From: Octopus sinensis
Taxonomy: Eukaryota
Length of the DNA: 64,000 nt
Direction: 5' to 3'
NCBI RefSeq assembly: GCF_006345805.1
Contig: NC_042997.1
Location: forward strand, 139,872,001-139,936,000
A program made the position numbers and the translations under genes. This document shows, in pieces, positions 24,692 through 36,201 of this stretch (within the stretch, counting starts at the first letter, position 1; the number at the start of each line of letters is the position of its first letter). A model generated the notes under the pieces. It worked only from the letters and a program-made list of their open reading frames with translations, made no database searches and was not told where the DNA came from.

Positions 24692-25276
24692 CTTTTCGGT
24701 TTGACCGGCAGTTTTTTCTAGCGGTGTCTTATGAAATTGTCACCCATAATTATGACCCTAGTATCGATCTATTGCATTTCAATCTGTTTTAAGGTTAGGG
24801 ATGGGGGAAGGGTATCTTTTTTTTTCTTCACAAATGTAAATAAACCCAATCTGTTTTTTAAACGAGGTACATATTCGTACGGCACAGAATGTTTTTTTTT
24901 TTTTACCTCAATAGACGTCAGTGATTGGTTGAAATTGCAGAACTTGAAGAAAAAGAACAACAAATATCTTACAAACTATAGAATTTTCTCAATAAAGCCA
25001 AGAGAAAAAAACATTTTTTTATAAACACATTCTACCAGTATACGAAGTTTAAAAGTGCTTAGTTACGTGGAAATTATTAAAAAAAACTGCCGTTCAAACC
25101 GAAAAGATCCACATATTGGGTTTATTTACATTTGTGAAGAAAAAGAAAAGATACCCTTCCCCCCACCCCTAACCCTAAAACAGATTGAAATGCAATAGAT
25201 TGATACTGGGGTCATAATTATGGGTAACAATTTCATATGACACCGCTAGAAAAAAACTGCCGTTCAAACCGAAAAG
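24692..25276. mobile_element. MITE/foldback element with about 190-bp inverted arms
   Basis: cttttcggtttgaccggcagttttttctagcggtgtc... is the reverse complement of ...gacaccgctagaaaaaaactgccgttcaaaccgaaaag. Confidence 0.8.
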
Positions 25277-26362
25277 ATCTGGTCATTTGCTTAGTTTATA
25301 TAGTCCCGACATACGATTAGAACAGAGTGGTGATATTTAGTAGTTCCTCTTCGATTACTGTCGCAAACAGTAGTAGCTTTCTTCAACTGAATACACGTCG
25401 TTGATTGGTTGAGATTACCCAAATACAATTTTAACACGAAATAACTTCTAAAATACTAAATTTTGTCCAAAATATTCGAAGTAAACCGTGTTCTGCGTGA
25501 GACATTCCACCAGTATACGAAGTTGCAAACTGTTTAGTTAAAATTTTTTGTAATCTGTGAGCCAAACTGAACAGATCCGGTTGTGAACAGTTGTAAAAAA
25601 AAAAAAAATATGTTTTGTCTCCATCAAAAATGCAGTTAAAATTCCTCAGCACCCCACCTGCCCTTTATCGAAATAGTGATACAACCAAATTCCCGGGGCA
25701 CCTCTTCATAAGTTTCTGAAAAATACATAATCTTTTTTAAATAAAATTTTCTGCTAATACGTTTCAGATAGTGTAGATATAACTATTGTGTTGGAATTTG
25801 ATGTGAAAAATGCTTTGGTGCTGTGCCGAGGACATAGTTCACACACCTTATCAAAATGTAATGAGGAGGAAACAAATTCGAGACATGAATTATTCGACCT
25901 CCTTAATTCCATTTTTTCAGAAACTTAAGAGGGAACCAAGTCGAAGTCAGTGAATTCACCACCTAAACTTCTGAGTCACCCCTCCCAACGAAAAAAACTG
26001 AATACATAAAATACCACATTTTGTCCAAAATGTTCAAAGTAAACCGTGTTCTGCATGAGACATTCCACCAGTATACGAAGTTGCAAACCTATATTGGAAT
26101 AGGTGGTATTCCAATATAATCGTAATCTACACCGTCTGAAAAGTATATTTGTAGAAAGTTTCAGGAGGAGGCGGTGGTAGGGGGAGACACCTGTAGTTAT
26201 ACTATATAACTACAGTTTGGTGTCCCGTCTACGAATTTGTTTCCTCATAACTCTCAATAATACATATTTTTAAATGAAAATTTGTGGATACGCATTCTTA
26301 TAGTACGATTATGCTTTTGATGAAATTTAAAAACAAAATTAGTTTTTTTTTTTAGAAAAGTT

Positions 26363-26733
26363 TGAGTGGCTGTGTGGTAAGTAGCTTGCTTACGAACCAC
26401 ATGGTTCCGGGTTCAGTCCCACTGCGTGGCAACTTGGGCAAGTGTCTTCTACGATAGCTTCGGGCCGACCAAAGCCTTGTGAGTGGATTTGGTAGACGGA
26501 AACTGAAAGAAGCCCGTCGTATATATGTATGTATATGTCTGTGTTTGTCCCCCCAACATCGCTTGACAACCGATGCTGGTGTGTTTACGTCCCCGTAACT
26601 TAGCTGTTCGGCAAAAGAGATCGATAGAATAAGTATTAGGCTTACAAAGAATATGTCTTGGGGTCGATTTGCTAGGCTAAAGGCGGTGCTCCAGCATGGC
26701 CACGGTCAAATGACTGAAACAAGTAAAAGAGTA
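26363..26733 (+). mobile_element. tRNA-derived SINE, family B (CORE-like), full length
   Basis: gtggctgtgtggtaag (A box), gggttcagtccc (B box), cttgggcaagtgtcttct core, and a gaaacaagtaaaagag tail. Confidence 0.85.
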
Positions 26734-27326
26734 ATGATCATTTTACGCTAAATATATTTAAAAAGAAACGATGGCATGATGCTGATTGGTATTAATTCAT
26801 TTATGCATTTGGCTTGCTAGATTCTTGATGTGAATTCGTGTGTTGAAACAAATTTTGTCTTCGGAGAGTCATTACACTAACACAAGGTGACGAGCGGAAA
26901 GATCATAAAAAAAATATTTTCCTCTCCACATAATCGTCTGTACACCATCAAAAACGTATCTCGAAAATTTCTTGGGAAACAAAGTCGGGGGGGGGGGGCA
27001 CTTTATTTTTTTTTTTCCCCTTTCCTTTAAATAGCCCTACTAAAGTTTCAGCAATTTAATTAGATTACGAATCTGGAAAAAAAAAAAAAAATCCTTTTGC
27101 CCTCTTCTTTTCCGTAATTTTTCAGTCTTGATTTTGTTTTGAAAAAAAATTTCAGATTCATGATTTAAACATCTTAGATTATGATTCTTCAAAATTATGC
27201 GTTGCATAAGTACCCCCAAAATTTACACAGCTCCAAAGAAATTAAATCCACACTCAAAATGCGAAAATTCAAATTATCGTAAGATGTCTTTGGACTAAAT
27301 TTTTGACTTATTTTGTTCAAGTTTTC

Positions 27327-29088
27327 GGTTAATATAGGGCGTAACAAATATCAGAAAATCAAAAAAAAATGTGTGTAATAGGTGTAAAACAACTTCCTAT
27401 GAACGAATATGAAAAAAAAAATTCGCGCACGCGAAAGAGGGGTGGGGGAGAGGCCTCGGAATATTTATATCGGGAATTTCCGAAAGCGTCTGAACCGGGC
27501 ACAAAAACAAAAACAAAAACAGCGTAATAGGTGTAAAACAACTTGCTCTAAACGACTATCATGAAAAAAATGCGCGCTCGCGAAAGGGGGTAGGGGAGAG
27601 GCTTCGGAAATTTCACATCTTCAGTCCACGGCCTTTAAACTAAGAAAAAATAGTGTAATTGGTGTAAAACTACTTGTTCTAAACGAGTATCAAGAACACA
27701 CACTCACACATGAATCATAAACTCCGTATTTCGCAAAAAAAAAAATAATAAAGAGAAGAAATTCTGGAAAAAGTGAAGAAATGTTGGATCTCATTCCTTG
27801 GTTAAAGCTATTTTAAACATTAAATTTATGCTTTTCTTTGAAATAGTTCAGATATATGCAATTCTTCTCACTTATTAAGATGCATTTATCAGAAAAAAAA
27901 GAGACAGAAAAAATTATTATTTTGTGTCAATCCTTCCCTAATTATCCTTTATTAATTAGTTTTGGCGTGTATTTTTTTCCCAAATTTATTCTTTCACCTT
28001 TACAACACTGTTTAGTAAAGCAATTAATCATCTTTATAATTTGCATATTTGACTTATTAATCAAAATTCTCTAGATGTAATATATACTAAGTAATGCATC
28101 CTTCATTTATGTGTTCCGTTCTGTATTATGCATGCGTGACTGTTTGTATGTAAGTGTGTTTAACTGTGCACATGAATGTGAATATTAAAGAACATATTTA
28201 TTTACTATGATTGTTATTTTCAGAACAAATAAATCTTTTGGCTGTTATGTTATTGATGTTATTATTATTGCTAGTTAAAGGGTGGTGACTTGGCTGAATA
28301 TTTTGAGTCTTGTAGTATGTAGTTGTGTTAGTCAATATTCTGAGTTCAAATCCAACTCATTTCTTTATCATCATTATCGATGGACCACTCAAAGAAGTAT
28401 GTATACATTATCATTTTCGTAACATAATTTCTGTAGTATTTCAAGATGTTTCTGACACGTATTTTGATTCACATGGCGGAGATCCAACATTTCTTCACTT
28501 TTTCCAGAATTTCTTCTCTTTATTTTTTTTTGCGAAATACGGAGTTTATGATTCATGTGTGAGTGTGTGTTCTTGATACTCGTTTAGAACAAGTAGTTTT
28601 ACACCAATTACACTATTTTTTCTTAGTTTAAAGGCCGTGGACTGAAGATGTGAAATTTCCGAAGCCTCTCCCCCACCCCCTTTCGCGAGCGCGCATTTTT
28701 TTCATGATAGTCGTTTAGAGCAAGTTGTTTTACACCTATTACGCTGTTTTTGTTTTTGTGCCCGGTTCAGACGCTTTCGGAAATTCCCGATATAAATATT
28801 CCGAGGCCTCTCCCCCACCCCTCTTTCTCGAGAGCGCATTTTTTTTTTCATATTCGTTTAGAGCAAGTTGTTTTACACATATTACACTATTTTTTTTTTG
28901 TTTTGGTGCCCGGGTCAGCCCCTCAGACGCTTTCGGAACTTCCCGATGTGAATTTTCCGAGGCCTCTCCCCCACCCCCTTTCGCGTGCGCGAATTTTTTT
29001 TTTCATATTCGTTCATAGGAAGTTGTTTTACACCTATTACACACATTTTTTTTTGATTTTCTGATATTTGTTACGCCCTATATTAACC
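27327..29088. mobile_element. Non-autonomous long-TIR DNA transposon (Merlin- or MULE-like)
   Basis: AAGTTTTC|GGTTAATATAGGGCGTAAC ... GTTACGCCCTATATTAACC|AAGTTTTC: 8-bp TSD, GG termini, TIRs 27327-27792 and 28479-29088, AT-rich 686-bp core. Confidence 0.9.
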
Positions 29089-30529
29089 AAGTTTTCTTTG
29101 TACTTTACATATATGCACTTATTTGAACAATTAAGAGTGAATGAATTTTTACCAAGTGTCCACCCAATCAGCCCACAAGGTTGGGCGCTATATCTATGCA
29201 TTTCTCTCAACCAGCAAAAAAAAATTCGCCCTTGACACTATACGAAAATAGTCTTAAATGTTAAATAGATTATGAGCAGTTATTTCTTTGCTCAACTATT
29301 TCAGATTCCCAAACTTTTTTTCTTTGGATGATCTGAAAAATAATTGTTTCTGAATTAGTGAATTAGGTACAAGGCCAGTATATTTGAATGGAGGTGGGGT
29401 TAGTTAAAACTGACTGTTTCAAATACTTCACTAGTAAATTATTGTATTGAACCAGGGTGGATGAAAGGCAAAATTTACTTTCGAGGTATTTCAATTCGGA
29501 AAGTAAACACCCACAACACCGAACCGCATTTTTCTTACCCAGCGTTGAATCGATTCTGCCTATTATTTCGCTTCTTTAGAAATTGTTCTTTTTTACTCTC
29601 TGTACAAGGTCTGAAATTTGGGGAAGGGGTTCAGTCGATTACACTGACCCCATTACTCAACTGATAGTTTATCAATTTTAATAGATACAAATTTTTAAAA
29701 ATAAAAAAATATATATTAGGGGCAAGTAACTCGACACAACTTGATTTTTGGTGACGATTGCGTCTCTTCGAATTTGGCTCATTTGTAAGTTGTCGTCCGA
29801 AGAAGATAGACACTGTTCGCAAAGGTAACAAGCCAAATGTTTTTTATCCAATAAGCTCAGTTTTACAACTTTACTCGTTTTATATTACATGTACGAGTCA
29901 ACGGAGCTTTTGGTTCAACATAGTTCTAAATTTAAGCATCTCTTTTGTCTAGTGTAATATGCCGATCATATTTTACATATGTTGTTTGCTCATTGACTAA
30001 AATATTTCGATTTTCAATGGATTGACAGAAAAAAGAATATTAGGAACAAATAGTTTCTTGTTCTGTGTTTTAGCCATCAAACTGTCGGATCTAATCTTTA
30101 ATCATTCATATAAATGTATATGGCTAAACGCAATCTTACGATAATAGTCTTTAGTTAATTAGGACACCTCACCTGATTATAAGTACATGTCATGTTAAAC
30201 AATTAACGAAAGTTTCGAGGTGATTTTCACGAAAATTGTCTGATTTTCTCGCATAACATTTTAAGTATAGTTTTCATATTATTACTATTGAAGTTTTCGG
30301 CTTGATTTGATAACTTGTATATTTCCATGTATCTCTTAGCGAAGTGACCTGTTTGACTTTTAACGTAATGAAAACTTATGTGGGGCTTCCTAATACAATT
30401 TTTCAGAAATACTGTGTAGGTTACACTACATTTACCATTAAAAAAAATAAAATTTTTGTGATGAGTTTCGAATCATTCCTAGGTATACTTGTGCAAAAAT
30501 GCACACCTGACTTTATTTCCTTATAACTT

Positions 30530-30778
30530 AGTATGTATATATATGTATGATTATATGTATGCGTGTATGTATATATGTATGCGTGTATGTATATATGTAT
30601 GTGTGTATGTATATATGTGTGTATGTATATATGTGTGTGTATGTATATATGTGTGTATGTATATATGTGTGGATGTTTATATGTATGTATATATGTATGT
30701 GTGTATATATATATATATGTATATGTATATATATATATATGTATATGTATATATATATGTATATGTATATATATAATG

Positions 30779-30814
<36 letters not shown>

Positions 30815-30868
30815 TATAATATATATATGTATATATATATATGTATATGTATATTATATATGTATATG

Positions 30869-30918
<50 letters not shown>

Positions 30919-31350
30919 TTTATGTATATATATATGTATACATGTATGCATGTATGTATGTGTGTGTGTGTGTATATATTATGTATATATATGTGTGTGT
31001 GTATATATATATGTGTATATATATGTGTGTGTGTATATATATATGTGTATATATTTATGTATATATATATGTGTGTATGTATATATGTATGTATATATGT
31101 ATGCATGTATATATATATGTGTGTATGTATATATGTATGTATATATGTATGCATGTATGTATATATGTATGTATATATGTATGTATATATTTATGTATAT
31201 ATGTATGTATATATTTATGTATATATGTATGTATATATTTATGTATATATGTATGTATATATTTATGTATGTATATATTTATGTATGTATATATATATGT
31301 ATGTATATATATATGTATGTATATATATATGTATGTATGTATATATATAT
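30530..31350. repeat. Compound (TA)/(TATG)/(TG) microsatellite
   Basis: Direct inspection. Confidence 0.95.
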
Positions 31351-31669
31351 AAATAAATATAAGAGAGTGGTCACTATATTGCTCACTCTAGCACCAGTTA
31401 ATCCAAAAGGTTTCAACCACGAAAATACATGATTCCATGAAAGCCAGTACGACTGTTAGCTCACACGGACAGGTAAGTAAAAAATAACAAAAATACAGAT
31501 TATTTTGGGACAATTGTTTCGCTATTAATGAATTAAATGTAATATTACTTACAAAAAAATCCATTTGTAGCTCGTCAGCCAAGACTATCTGGATGAAATC
31601 CACTCAATCACACGCCAGATTTTACCATACGATAAATACGCGTGTGGTTCAATTGATTACATCCGACGT

Positions 31670-31984
31670 TATTATATATATGTATGTATATATATATATA
31701 TGTATGTATATATATATATGTATGTATATATATATATATGTATTATATATATATATATGTATGTATATATATATATATGTATGTAATATATATATATATA
31801 TATGTATGTATATATATATGTATGTTATATATATGTATGTAATATTTATGTATATATATATATATGTATGTATATATATATGTATGTATATAATATATGT
31901 ATGTATATATATATGTATGTATATATATATGTATGTATATATATATGTATGTATATATATTATGTATGTATATATATATGTATG

Positions 31985-32024
<40 letters not shown>

Positions 32025-32162
32025 TATATGTATGTATATGTATGTATAGATATATATGTATATTATATATATGTTGTATATATATATATGTATGTATATA
32101 TATATATGTATGTATATATATATATGTATGTATATATATATATGTATGTATATATATATATG

Positions 32163-32242
<80 letters not shown>

Positions 32243-32264
32243 TGTATGTATATATGTATGTATG

Positions 32265-32317
<53 letters not shown>

Positions 32318-32438
32318 GTACGTATGTATATATATATGTATGTATATATATATGTATGTATATATATATATGTATGTATGTATATATATATGTATGTATG
32401 TATATATATATGTATGTATATATATATATATGTATGTA
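31670..32438. repeat. Compound (TA)/(TATG) microsatellite
   Basis: Direct inspection. Confidence 0.95.
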
Positions 32439-32439
32439 T

Positions 32440-32870
32440 CATCATCATCATCATTTCATTTAGCGTCCGTTTTCCATGCTAGCATGGGTTGGACGGTTCA
32501 ACTGGGGTCTGGGGAGCCCGAAGGCTGCACCAGGCCAGTCAGATCTGGCAGTGTTTCTACAGCTGGATGCCCTTCCTAACGCCAACCACTCCGAGAGTGT
32601 AGTGGGTGATTTTATGTGCCACCGACACAGGTGCCAGACGAGGCTGGCGAACGGCCACGCTCGGATGGTGTTTTTATGTGCCACCGACACAGGTGCCAGA
32701 TGAGGCTGGCGGACGGCCACGATCGGATGGTGTTTGTTACGTCCCCAAAGCACGGAGGCCAGTCTATGCGGTACTGGCTACGGCCACGTTCGGATGATTT
32801 TCTTGTGTGCCACCGGCACTGGTACCACAAAGATACAAATTCCATTTATGTTCATCTATTTTGATTTGTT
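32440..32870 (-). mobile_element. RTE-3'UTR-related SINE-like repeat, CpG-retaining copy with internal tandem subrepeats
   Basis: (atc)n...ttccatgctagcatgggttggacgg...gtgccaccgacacaggtgccaga twice. Confidence 0.8.
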
Positions 32871-33085
32871 TTGATTATGTATATATGTATATATATGTAT
32901 ATATGTATGTATATATGTATGTATGTATATATATATGTATATATGTATGTATGTATATATGTATGTATGTATATATATATATGTATATATGTATACTTTG
33001 ATACTTTGATACTTTGATAGGTTTCGGCCATTATTGGCCCAGGCCATGTCTAACTTAATAGCACCACCTGGTGAAGTCTTTCAAG

Positions 33086-35680
33086 TCAGAATTTGGGCAC
33101 TATGGCCCACTCAAGTAGAGAGTTATTGTTTACAGAGACATATCCGGGTGTAGGGGGTTTATCCGGGATTTCTTGAAGGAATCTGTCCAAAGACTTCTTG
33201 AACCCTATAGGGTCAGTTTCTGTTTTAATGTGTTTTGGTGTAATGTTAAAGAGAGCGGGGCCAATTGAGGTGAAATAATTGTGCCGTATTGTTGTTATGA
33301 GATGAGAGTGCGATTTTTGTTTTGGGCGGATGGCACGGGGCCCAAGCCTTGGATGTACCTTAAAGGTGATGCCAACATCATTTGGGCAATGCTGATGGAA
33401 TATTTTCCACATCATGCAGATGATGTAGCGCTCACGACGACGTTGGAGAGAATAGAGTTTTAGCTTTTCTAGTCGACCCCAATAGTCGAGGCCTGTCATG
33501 CCATCTATCTTTTTTGTGATTGCCCTTTGAGGTGCTTCAACTTTTATGATACCTTGTATTGTGTGGGGAGACCACAGTGGACAACAGTATTCAAGGTGGG
33601 GTCGGGCAAAAGTGGAGAAGAGAAGGATAATGGTGTGGATATCTCTCGACTGGAAAGTTCTGAGAATCCAGGAACACATTCTGCGGGCCATGTCAACTTT
33701 GGTGTTTATATGAGTGGCCCAGCTTACGTTGTTGTCCACAATTACTCCCAAGTCTCTGATGTTGTTGGACGCCGCGAGAGTTTCACCTGAAGGAAGGGAG
33801 TATGGGAGTTTCAGGGCATCCTCTTTTCCAAAGTGGATTAGCTCAAATTTATCCTCGTTCAGCAGCATATTGTTTTTTTCTGCCCATTGGATAACAGCCA
33901 GTAGATCTGACTGAAGGCATGTCCGGTCACTCGCCTCATTTATGACCTTCTGTAGCTTGGAGTCATCTGCAAAGATTTTTATGTTGCTGTGCTTGATGAT
34001 GTCATTAATGTCATTAATGTAAATGATGAAAAGAAGTGGGCCCAGCACAGTGCCTTGCGGAACGCCACTACTGACTTTGGCTGGGCTTGATTTTACCCCT
34101 TCAACTACATGTTGAGATCTGTCTGTCAGGAAACACTTAATCCATTTCAGTAACTTTCCAGAGACACCAATGTTGGATAGTTTTTTCAATAGGATCTTGT
34201 GATCGACCCTGTCGAAGGCCTTACTGAAATCAAGGTAGATGACATCGGTGTTGGAGCCCTCTCCCAAAGCTCTCAAAATGTCCTCAAAGTGATGCAGGAG
34301 CTGCGTTAGGCAGTCCCTTCCATTACGGAACCCATGTTGGTTGGAGATCAGCCGTCTGTTGCTTTCCAGAAATTGGGTTATTCGAGATCTCACCACCCTC
34401 TCAAATACCTTGATGATATGAGAGGTGAGTGAGATCGGACGGTAATTCACTGCAAGGGACTTGTTTCCCTTTTTGAAAACTGGGACAACAGACTGGGACA
34501 GAAGGTTTTTTGGAATATAGCCAGCATCCAGTGAGTTTCTCCACAGATTAGCAAGGGGAGATGCAAGTTGGTGTCGACACACCTTCAGGACACAAGCAGG
34601 GAACCTATCGGGGCCTACTGCTGAATTGTGTTTTATTTCGTTTATCGCCGCTAAGACATCAGGGGCACTAAACGTTATGTCCGATATAGTGTGTTGGGGG
34701 TTGACATCACTGATACAGCCCAGATCGGCCATATCAGGATTGCTGAAAACAGAGCAGTATTGTTTCTGCAGTATCTCGGCCATGGATTTGGCATTATCTT
34801 GGAGAGTGCCAGTTTCGTCAATTAGAGGGCCTACAGTGGAGACAGTGACCCTGCGTTTCCTCGCAAATGAAAAGAACACTTTGGGGTTGAGTTTGATTTT
34901 TTCAATGGCCCACTTCTCCTCAGCTGATCTTTGGTTATTGATGAGGGTCTTCATGCATTGTTGGAGGTTATATTTTTTGGATTCAAGCAGTGCGATAGCC
35001 GTCGAATGTGTGTGTTGCTGTTGGCAGTACTTTAGTTTGTTAATTTTTTTGTTTGTTCTTTTTATTTTTCTGATAATGGTTTTTCTGTTTTGGGGGATTC
35101 TGCACTTTTTGTTCACAGGTCTTGGTGGGGAGTGTTTTGCACATATGTCTGTGACGGTGTCTACAAAGATCTGCCAAGATGTTTTATGGTTGGTGGAGAT
35201 GTGTGTATGTGTAAAGGACCAGTCAACATTTGATAGCTCGTTCCTGATTGCATCCCAGTTGGCTTTATGGAGATCCATGTTGTCAAATGGGTGGGCTGGA
35301 GGAAGGTCACTAGGATTAGCTTTCGGCTGGTGGAATTTCATGTTACAGAGAACCATGTCATGGTCTGAAAGAAGGGTTTTTTCCACTGTAACGTTATGTA
35401 TAGTGTTAGTGTGGTTACTAAACACTAGGTCCAAAATGTTCTGATGTCTTGTTGGTGCAAGGACAAGTTGGGACAAGAAAAACTCATTCGTAAAGTCGAA
35501 AAGTGACTCTGCTGCTTCTTTGTCAGCGGTTGAGGCGGGAGTGCTTGGTTTCAAACAGTTTGTAGTCCAGTCAACACAGGGTAGATTGAAGTCTCCCATC
35601 ATGAGTATGTTGCTAGAATGGCACTGTTGAATAAAGCACTTAATGCTGTTGAGGCATTCTTTAAAGCACAGTATGGGTGT
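33086..35680 (-). CDS. LINE ORF2, main part (C-terminal APE half, reverse transcriptase, C-terminal domain)
   Basis: Open frame ILCFKECLNSIKCFIQQCHSSNILMMGDFNLP...SDH...NYRPISLTS...QHGFR...YLDFSKAFDRVDH...GVPQGTVLGPLLF...FADDSKL...YSLQRRRERY. Confidence 0.93.
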   Translation of the reverse strand, partial: TPILCFKECLNSIKCFIQQCHSSNILMMGDFNLPCVDWTTNCLKPSTPASTADKEAAESLFDFTNEFFLSQLVLAPTRHQNILDLVFSNHTNTIHNVTVEKTLLSDHDMVLCNMKFHQPKANPSDLPPAHPFDNMDLHKANWDAIRNELSNVDWSFTHTHISTNHKTSWQIFVDTVTDICAKHSPPRPVNKKCRIPQNRKTIIRKIKRTNKKINKLKYCQQQHTHSTAIALLESKKYNLQQCMKTLINNQRSAEEKWAIEKIKLNPKVFFSFARKRRVTVSTVGPLIDETGTLQDNAKSMAEILQKQYCSVFSNPDMADLGCISDVNPQHTISDITFSAPDVLAAINEIKHNSAVGPDRFPACVLKVCRHQLASPLANLWRNSLDAGYIPKNLLSQSVVPVFKKGNKSLAVNYRPISLTSHIIKVFERVVRSRITQFLESNRRLISNQHGFRNGRDCLTQLLHHFEDILRALGEGSNTDVIYLDFSKAFDRVDHKILLKKLSNIGVSGKLLKWIKCFLTDRSQHVVEGVKSSPAKVSSGVPQGTVLGPLLFIIYINDINDIIKHSNIKIFADDSKLQKVINEASDRTCLQSDLLAVIQWAEKNNMLLNEDKFELIHFGKEDALKLPYSLPSGETLAASNNIRDLGVIVDNNVSWATHINTKVDMARRMCSWILRTFQSRDIHTIILLFSTFARPHLEYCCPLWSPHTIQGIIKVEAPQRAITKKIDGMTGLDYWGRLEKLKLYSLQRRRERYIICMMWKIFHQHCPNDVGITFKVHPRLGPRAIRPKQKSHSHLITTIRHNYFTSIGPALFNITPKHIKTETDPIGFKKSLDRFLQEIPDKPPTPGYVSVNNNSLLEWAIVPKF

Positions 35681-36201
35681 TTGGGCGGCCTATAGAGCCC
35701 AATTACTGTCAGGTCATTGGCTTTGTTGTGCACGGTGACTGATTCACAGTAGCCGTTGGAGAATATACTATTTCCATCTGCCGTAAATGAATCATGCAGG
35801 AAAATGGCAGTTCCACCCTTCCTCCTGCCGATACGATCCGCGCGGATGGTTGTGAAATTCTTCACTCTCACTTCGGCTTCCAAGTGGGAGTTGTCAAGGT
35901 GGGTCTCAGTGAGAATGAAGAAAGGGATGTGGTGTGAATGGTTACCAACCCAGTCTTCAATGAATTGGACCTTCCATTTTTGTGCATTGATGGAAGGGCT
36001 GACACCTTGTGCATTGAGTAGGAATGTGGAGGTTAGTGTAGTGGCTGGTTTTGACTGTTGCAGGGGGCTTGGATTTTTTGTGTGTGTTAGTGGCAGCAAT
36101 GTGGGGAATTGGTGCACTGGGGTAATAGCATAGGATGGTGTTGAGTGATGGCTAGAATGTTTTTGTGTATCTCTTTTGCCATGTTCAACATGGCTAAAAA
36201 A
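35681..36201 (-). CDS. LINE ORF2, N-terminal AP-endonuclease part (no AUG; -1 frame relative to ORF1)
   Basis: TFLLNAQG...FILTETHL...RADRIGRRKGGTAIF...VIGLYRPP; separated from the rest by a 1-nt frameshift at about 35675-35685. Confidence 0.88.

Noticed and set aside
32600-32830. Short direct repeats with variable spacers resembling a CRISPR array
   Set aside because: These are internal subrepeats of the RTE-related SINE family also seen at 4365 and 17208; eukaryotic context and no cas genes.
34626-35444. 272-aa plus-strand ORF
   Set aside because: Antisense shadow of the LINE ORF2; no recognisable domain.
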